Source of the DNA: an uncultured Planctomycetota bacterium
GTDB taxonomy: Bacteria > Planctomycetota > Phycisphaerae > Tepidisphaerales > Tepidisphaeraceae
Length of the DNA: 64,000 nt
Reading direction: 5' to 3'
NCBI GenBank assembly: GCA_963841915.1
Contig: CAWJEN010000005.1
Coordinates: 992,001 to 1,056,000, forward strand
The translations under genes were made by a program, and so were the position numbers. The notes below the pieces were generated by a model. The model did not search any database, was not told where the DNA came from, and saw only the letters and a program-made list of their open reading frames with translations. Shown here one piece after another: positions 58,374 through 64,000 of this stretch; the first letter of the stretch is position 1; each line of letters opens with the position of its first letter.

Positions 58374-59906
58374 ATGAGCGACTCCGCCAAAGGCACGCAG
58401 AAATTCGGCATCGTCGGCCTCGAAGTGATGGGCCGGAACATCGCCCTGAACATCGAGCGCAACGGCTACCCGATCGCCGTCTACAACCGAACGACAAGCA
58501 AGTCCGAGGAGTTCGTCGCCGACAATCCCGGCAAGAACATCGTCATGGGCAAGACCTACGAGGAGTTCGTCGACTCTCTCGAAAAGCCCCGTCGCATCCT
58601 CGTCATGGTCAAGGCCGGCAAGCCCGTCGACTACGTGCTCAATGACCTTAAGCCTTTGCTCGACAAGGACGACATGGTCATCGACGGCGGCAACTCACTC
58701 TTTACTGATACCGAACGTCGGGCCAAGGACATGGAAGCGGCAGGCTTCGGCTTCTTCGGTTGCGGCGTGTCAGGTGGCGAAGAAGGTGCACTCTGGGGCC
58801 CGTCGATGATGCCCGGTGGCACCGAGAAGCTCTACGACGAGGTCGACGAAATCCTCAAGAAGATCTCCGCCAAAGCTGAAGAAGACGGCGCGCCCTGCGT
58901 CACCTACCTCGGTAACGGTGGGGCGGGTCACTTCGTCAAGATGGTCCACAACGGCATCGAGTACGGCGACATGCAGCTCATCGCCGAGAGCTACGACCTG
59001 CTCAAGCGGGTCGGCGGGCTATCCAACACCGAGTTGGCCGACGTCTTCCGCGATTGGAACAAGGGCCAGGACCTGCAGTCGTTCCTGATCGACATCACCA
59101 TCGACATCTTCGCCTACGGCCAGGCCGCGGGCGACAAGGAAGATCTGATCGACCTCATCCGTGATGCCGCCAAGGCCAAGGGCACAGGTGCGTGGACGGT
59201 CCAGGCGGCGATGGATCTTGGCGTCAGCATCCCGACGATCGCCGAGGCCGTCATGGCCCGCAGCATCAGCGACCGCAAGGCCGAACGCGTCAAGGCCGAG
59301 GACGTGCTGAAGGGCCCCAAGCCCTCGACCGGCACCGGCATCGACAAGCAGCAGCTCATCAGCGACGTCCGGGCGGCGTTATACTGTTCGAAGATCTGCT
59401 CGTACGCCCAGGGCTTTACGCTCCTGCAGGCGGCCGACAAGGAGTACAACTTCGGCCTGCGGATCAAGGAAGTGGCCGGCATCTGGCGGGCGGGTTGCAT
59501 CATCCGGGCGGCCTTCCTGAACGACATCACCGCCGCGTTCGGCAAGCAGGAGGACTTGGCGAACCTGCTCATGACTGACCAGTTCGCCGGCGAGATCGCC
59601 GAACGGCAGGACGCGTGGCGTCGCATCGTCAAGCTCTCGGCCGAGCAGGGCGTGCCGACGCCGGGCTTCTCGACCAGCCTGGCCTACTACGACAGCTACC
59701 GCACCGCCCGGCTGCCGGCCAACCTCATTCAGGCCCAACGCGATTTCTTTGGCGCTCACACCTACGAACGGCTCGACAAGCCGGTCGGTGAGACATTCCA
59801 CACGCAGTGGAGCGACAAGCAACCGGCCCCGACCGAGGGCGGCGCAAGCACCAAGAGCAATGCAGCCGAAGAAGGCACGATGGCCGCCAATTGTGATGGC
59901 GACTGA
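58374..59906 (+). CDS. gnd: 6-phosphogluconate dehydrogenase, decarboxylating
   Basis: GLEVMG, YNRT, VSGGEEGA, VKMVHNGIEYGDMQ, KGTG.WT, QAQRDFFGAHTY. Confidence 0.97.
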   Translation: MSDSAKGTQKFGIVGLEVMGRNIALNIERNGYPIAVYNRTTSKSEEFVADNPGKNIVMGKTYEEFVDSLEKPRRILVMVKAGKPVDYVLNDLKPLLDKDDMVIDGGNSLFTDTERRAKDMEAAGFGFFGCGVSGGEEGALWGPSMMPGGTEKLYDEVDEILKKISAKAEEDGAPCVTYLGNGGAGHFVKMVHNGIEYGDMQLIAESYDLLKRVGGLSNTELADVFRDWNKGQDLQSFLIDITIDIFAYGQAAGDKEDLIDLIRDAAKAKGTGAWTVQAAMDLGVSIPTIAEAVMARSISDRKAERVKAEDVLKGPKPSTGTGIDKQQLISDVRAALYCSKICSYAQGFTLLQAADKEYNFGLRIKEVAGIWRAGCIIRAAFLNDITAAFGKQEDLANLLMTDQFAGEIAERQDAWRRIVKLSAEQGVPTPGFSTSLAYYDSYRTARLPANLIQAQRDFFGAHTYERLDKPVGETFHTQWSDKQPAPTEGGASTKSNAAEEGTMAANCDGD

Positions 59907-59915
59907 GTGAAAACT

Positions 59916-60371
59916 CTATTCGGCAGCGGCGTCGCGTTTCATCTGCTCGATGGATGGAAACGCCAAGGCGTCAGCCTGCGTGATCCACGTCATCACCTTC
60001 ACCTCGAGTCGACCCGCCTGAACAGACGGGTCGGCAGAGGCCAGTTCTGTGACAGTCTCGAGCGAGAGCGAGCCGTCGTACAGGCACATGCCACGCCAGC
60101 GATCGTCAAACTGATCGGCGAAGGGACCGGCAGCGAGGAGGTGCCCGGCCTCGGCCATCGCACGAAGATGGCCAAGGTGCGCTCGCTGCATGGCCATCGC
60201 CTCGGCAGGCGTGGCGGCAGGTGCATCTTCGGCCGCGGCAAGTAGGACAAAACGGTAGGTGTCGAAGGTCACCGGCGCGACCGTCGGTGCCGTCGTCGGC
60301 TGACCGAACGACATCGCCGCTGCGATAACGACGGCCATGAGAGACGCCGCGGCAAAGAGCTTTTGAGACAT
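59916..60371 (-). CDS. YciI-family protein with signal peptide
   Basis: RAHLGHL, AAGPF, ADPSVQAGRL. Confidence 0.8.
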   Translation of the reverse strand: MSQKLFAAASLMAVVIAAAMSFGQPTTAPTVAPVTFDTYRFVLLAAAEDAPAATPAEAMAMQRAHLGHLRAMAEAGHLLAAGPFADQFDDRWRGMCLYDGSLSLETVTELASADPSVQAGRLEVKVMTWITQADALAFPSIEQMKRDAAAE

Positions 60372-60675
60372 CCCTCCAAGGTACCTGCCGCGGCAGAGCC
60401 GGTGCAAGCCATGCGAAGCGAACGTGTCTACTGGCTGTTCCTCGCGAGTTCCGCTCGGATCTCGTCCTGCCGCTGGCGTCTCAGGGCCGCTAGGACAATG
60501 GGTACCCACAGCTGATTTTCAACAGATTCTCCCGCATCTGCCTGACATCACCGCCGCCAAGAAGAAGCTCAACGAGCATGAAGCCGCGGGAGTGAATCGT
60601 TGTCTATCACGCCAAAGTTGTAAAATGACAGCGTGTCCTGCGGCCGCGAGTCGGTGGTGGCACAAGATGGTCCGG

Positions 60676-61101
60676 CTAACGGAAGATGATCTGCAACTGT
60701 CCGTCGATTTCCGCCAGTCCGCCGGTCAATCCGGCGTCGGCCATCGCCTTCAGCAGCGCGTCTTCTCCCTCAATCATTTCAACATGCCGCAGCGTCGGAG
60801 GCGTATCGATCATTGCCACATGCTCGAACGTTGCGGGGGCAGGCGGTAGAGCGTTGACGTGTGACGGCTCGACGACCGCACGCGGAGCCGGTGCCTGGGC
60901 AATCGGGTGAGGCGCTCGAGACGATGGCATGATCGACCACACTAGTGCTGCCGTCGCTGCTGCCGCCGAGACGCTTAGCAGTGCAACGCCGGCCCTTCGC
61001 TTCCGCTGCCGCGTTCGGGCAGCAGACTGAGCGAGTTTCAGGATTTTGTCCCGACGCAAGGCACCATCGGCTGACAAAGTGGTGGTGTCGTTCATAGTCA
61101 T
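60676..61101 (-). CDS. Putative single-TM anti-sigma factor
   Basis: Start overlaps the ECF sigma stop; basic stretch then TM helix and Pro-rich linker. Confidence 0.55.
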   Translation of the reverse strand: MTMNDTTTLSADGALRRDKILKLAQSAARTRQRKRRAGVALLSVSAAAATAALVWSIMPSSRAPHPIAQAPAPRAVVEPSHVNALPPAPATFEHVAMIDTPPTLRHVEMIEGEDALLKAMADAGLTGGLAEIDGQLQIIFR

Positions 61102-61673
61102 CTCACTCCCATCGCGTTGGCCAGCCTCCGGAGAAGGCGTCGCAGCCGGCCGTCGACGGCTCCGGGACCCATTCCCGACGCATTTCCGACCTCGGTCAGA
61201 GTCTTTCCGTCTCCATAGCGGAGCGTCAGTAGGTTCCGCTCTGTGGCCGACAGCGTCGCCAGGGCGGCCGTCAGCTGTTCGATATCCTCGGGCGTTGCTC
61301 CTTCGTCTTTTGGTGCAAAAGCCGAGGCTTGATGACGTTGCTGCGTTTCATGCCGCGTCCGCCGTCGATCGCCGCGAAGGTGATCAAGGGCCGTGTTGAG
61401 CACAACACGTCGCACCCACCGGTCCCAATCTTCGACCGTCTGCATCGGCTTGCCATTGCGGACGATCTTGAGCGTGGCATCCTGGACGACGTCGAGTGCG
61501 CGCTGCTCGTCAAGGCCAGTGTGCTGTCGAACATCGGCGAGCATGCTGTCGAAACTCCGACGGTAGAACGCGTCGACCGCCCACGCCTCGCCGCGGCTCA
61601 GGGCAGCGGTGAGGCGGGGCGTGTCGTCGACACGATGGTTCGTCGGATCGGCCACGGCGGGTGCGGATGCCAC
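61098..61673 (-). CDS. ECF-type RNA polymerase sigma factor
   Basis: DVVQDATL, WVRRVVLNTALDHLR, L..LS..ER.LL.LRY...TLTEV. Confidence 0.88.
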   Translation of the reverse strand: MASAPAVADPTNHRVDDTPRLTAALSRGEAWAVDAFYRRSFDSMLADVRQHTGLDEQRALDVVQDATLKIVRNGKPMQTVEDWDRWVRRVVLNTALDHLRGDRRRTRHETQQRHQASAFAPKDEGATPEDIEQLTAALATLSATERNLLTLRYGDGKTLTEVGNASGMGPGAVDGRLRRLLRRLANAMGVR

Positions 61674-61676
61674 CGT

Positions 61677-62624
61677 TCAGGCGATCGGGCCGACGTCGCG
61701 GCTGGAATCGCGCGACTGCTGTTGCTGCCGCTCTCGCTTAAGCGTGTCCATCTCCTTCCGCAAGACCTCGATCTGTTCGCTGAGTTGACGGACGGCTTTG
61801 AGCGTCTCGGTGAGCTCCGCCTGAACCGCCCGCATTTGTTCCTGCGCCTGCCCTTGCGCCGCCTTCCGCTCTTCAAGAAACGCCTCTGCGGTCACGACCT
61901 GGCCCTTCGCCTTAGCGACCTGGTCCTTTGCCGCCTCGATCTGGTACGTGATCCTTTTGCGCGCCTCGGACGGGTCGGATGGTTGTGCTTTTGACCAGCT
62001 TTCAATGAGTTCGGTCACGGTGCCGAGCTGGTCCGCCTCACCGGTGACGAAAACCGCCCTTGCACCAGGATTGATTTTAACCGAAGGCGGTTCGCTGTCG
62101 CTGCCCATGGTCTCGGCGGCCATGTCCAGCAGACTCGCCAGGCTGGCGGCGGAATCGCCGTCATGGAGGCCCGGCACCACGCGAGCGAACACCCGTCGCG
62201 GCGGCTGCGACGCGTTCCAATCTTTCAGCATCAGCGCCCGAACCTTGATGATCGGCACGCTCACCATCGGAGGCTTTTCGATGATGAGCTTCGCCTCGCC
62301 GTCGCCGATCGTCTCTCCGTTGAGCAGCCAAAGGACTTCGGCGGCCGGAAGGCCACGCAGCTTCAACGCCGGAACCTTTAACGCCCCCGCCTCAGGCGTC
62401 ATCAGCAACGTCTGGAACTTGGGGTCCTTCGTCTCGAGTTCCTCGATGAGCTCATCCAGCGAGCCGCCTTCGAAGTTCAGCGACTCGATGATGTACTGCC
62501 GCCCCTGCTCGACAACCGGGGCCGGTGCAGACTGCGGCGTCTGGGCGAACGTGCTCGTCGCCAGTCCGCAGGCGGCGGCAATTGAAAAGAGTGTCGGCAG
62601 CTTGATGAGTTGCTTGTGCGTCAT
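61677..62624 (-). CDS. Secreted hypothetical protein with C-terminal coiled coil
   Basis: AGGAG RBS, signal peptide, SLNFEGGSLDELI, heptad-rich C-terminus. Confidence 0.7.
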   Translation of the reverse strand: MTHKQLIKLPTLFSIAAACGLATSTFAQTPQSAPAPVVEQGRQYIIESLNFEGGSLDELIEELETKDPKFQTLLMTPEAGALKVPALKLRGLPAAEVLWLLNGETIGDGEAKLIIEKPPMVSVPIIKVRALMLKDWNASQPPRRVFARVVPGLHDGDSAASLASLLDMAAETMGSDSEPPSVKINPGARAVFVTGEADQLGTVTELIESWSKAQPSDPSEARKRITYQIEAAKDQVAKAKGQVVTAEAFLEERKAAQGQAQEQMRAVQAELTETLKAVRQLSEQIEVLRKEMDTLKRERQQQQSRDSSRDVGPIA

Positions 62625-62882
62625 GAGAGTGCTCCTGGCAGAGTTCGGGTCGTGGCGAAGCTCGCGTCTTCGTCTGACCTGCTAACGCCGGCCGACGGAG
62701 AGTTTCGCGTGATCGGCCGGATTTACTTCCACTATCTTCTGCTCTCGGTGGAAGAACGGTGCAGCAATCGGCTTGCATGTTGACCGACGTCCGATATGCT
62801 CGTCGCCACGGCGGACACGAGGTCCGTCGTTTCATCCGACCATTCCGCCCTCACGGGCACCCGCTACACGGAGGTAGCCGCC

Positions 62883-63680
62883 ATGGCCGCACACACGACA
62901 TTCGCTTTCTACTCCCTGGCCGCGACCGCGCTACTCGCGGTCGGATGTGCCGACGCGATCACGTTCACCAAGAGCGACCGCGCCCGCGCCCGCATCGCCT
63001 TGACCGATGGTGATCATGAAACGGCCTCGGAAGTCTTCCAGCGGCAGGTTCAGAACAACCCGCGTGACTACCGCGCTCACGTCCACCTCGGTCAGGCTCG
63101 TTTGGCCGCCGGTAACGAGACAGCCGCCCTGCGGAGCTTCCGCACGGCGCTCGACGTCCTGCCGCTGACGCCGATTGGTCGCACCGACACCGAGTACCGC
63201 CAGCTCATCATCAACGAGTACGCCCGCACGCTGGCCGACGTCGACACGGACGGCACGATGACCGACGAGCTCGATCGTCGGGCCAAGGGCGATGTGACGA
63301 TGAAGTTGCTCGTCGCCCGCACGCACGGCGAAGCAGGCCGCCCCGACGCGGCCATCGCCAGCTTCCAGGAAGCCCGTCGCCTGGATCGTGAAGATCAGAT
63401 CGTCGCCAAGCAGTACGGCCTGTACCTCGAAAGCATTCGCCAGGACGCCGCCGCTGAAGAGGTGCTGCGTCGGGCCTACGCCCTCGACTCGCGAGACACC
63501 GAAGTCGCCGCCGCGCTGCGTCGACTGGGCATTGTTCCCGGCCCGGCGATCCTGAGTCGCAACGACCTGGCCAAGCCCAAGATTCCGCTGGGCCCGCTGC
63601 CCGAGGTCAAGCTCCACGACCCTGACGGAGAAGCCGACGAAGGCCGGCCGATGTCAGCATTCGACGACGAACTGAATTAG
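62883..63680 (+). CDS. TPR-repeat lipoprotein
   Basis: GGAGG RBS; lipobox-like AVGC; TPR-like helices. Confidence 0.78.
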   Translation: MAAHTTFAFYSLAATALLAVGCADAITFTKSDRARARIALTDGDHETASEVFQRQVQNNPRDYRAHVHLGQARLAAGNETAALRSFRTALDVLPLTPIGRTDTEYRQLIINEYARTLADVDTDGTMTDELDRRAKGDVTMKLLVARTHGEAGRPDAAIASFQEARRLDREDQIVAKQYGLYLESIRQDAAAEEVLRRAYALDSRDTEVAAALRRLGIVPGPAILSRNDLAKPKIPLGPLPEVKLHDPDGEADEGRPMSAFDDELN

Positions 63681-63698
63681 AAGCTCTCCGCACAGTCA

Positions 63699-63731
63699 AG
63701 GAAGCTGTCGCACTCGGTGCGACAGCTTCCT
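63699..63731 (+). terminator. Hairpin terminator
   Basis: AGGAAGCTGTCGCAC / GTGCGACAGCTTCCT 15-bp stem. Confidence 0.7.
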
Positions 63732-63798
63732 CTGCATTGGGCCCAGGGCCTGGTCCTTTGACCGAAGCGCCACCGGTCGCCCGGTTCTACGCTCTGGC

Positions 63799-64000
63799 AT
63801 GACGGTCGCCCCGACAGAAACCTTTACCACGCCAGTGCTCGAGAGGGTGCGGCTGCGCGACCTCCGGGCGGCCAGTGAGCAGGGGCGACGCGTCGCGATG
63901 CTTACCTGCTACGACTACACGACAGCCGTCCACCTGCAGCAGGCAGGCGTCGAGATGCTCCTCGTCGGTGACACCGCAGGCAGCGTCATCCTCGGTCACG
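63799..64000 (+). CDS. panB: 3-methyl-2-oxobutanoate hydroxymethyltransferase (3'-truncated by window edge)
   Basis: Own translation: ...RVAMLTCYDYTTAVHLQQAGVEMLLVGDTAGSVILGH. Confidence 0.9.
   Translation, partial: MTVAPTETFTTPVLERVRLRDLRAASEQGRRVAMLTCYDYTTAVHLQQAGVEMLLVGDTAGSVILGH

Noticed and set aside
60424..60675. Possible small gene or remnant between yciI-like and anti-sigma genes
   Set aside because: No clear start, RBS or recognisable motif.

Overview
This is a GC-rich bacterial window. A Planctomycetota origin (probably Phycisphaerae) is inferred from two DUF1559-type pseudopilins, five PEP-CTERM proteins, a TIGR03790-like gene and a LEPRxLL/dockerin-type protease. Most of it is housekeeping and envelope genes (ruvB, nadB, neuC, cobA-hemD, gmk, mraZ, gnd, panB, tRNA-Glu). 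There are two carbohydrate-utilisation-like loci (1-3.3 kb and 29.4-45.0 kb) built from DUF1559, PEP-CTERM and CAZyme genes. The most striking unexplained element is about 1.1 kb with no credible ORF directly downstream of an orphan mraZ (52349-53463, minus strand). It holds ten CANGGA hexamers (seven exactly CACGGA), many in hairpin loops, none on the other strand, and ends in a strong hairpin. This is the signature of a CsrA/RsmA-sequestering RNA (CsrB/RsmZ-like), here possibly a mraZ 3' extension. Also seen: a shared palindromic operator/promoter in the 29-45 kb locus, REP-like inverted-repeat doublets at 40.5-40.8 kb, a DnaQ-WYL fusion, and five single-base frameshifts that look like sequencing error. 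All family assignments come from motif recognition by eye, not database searches.
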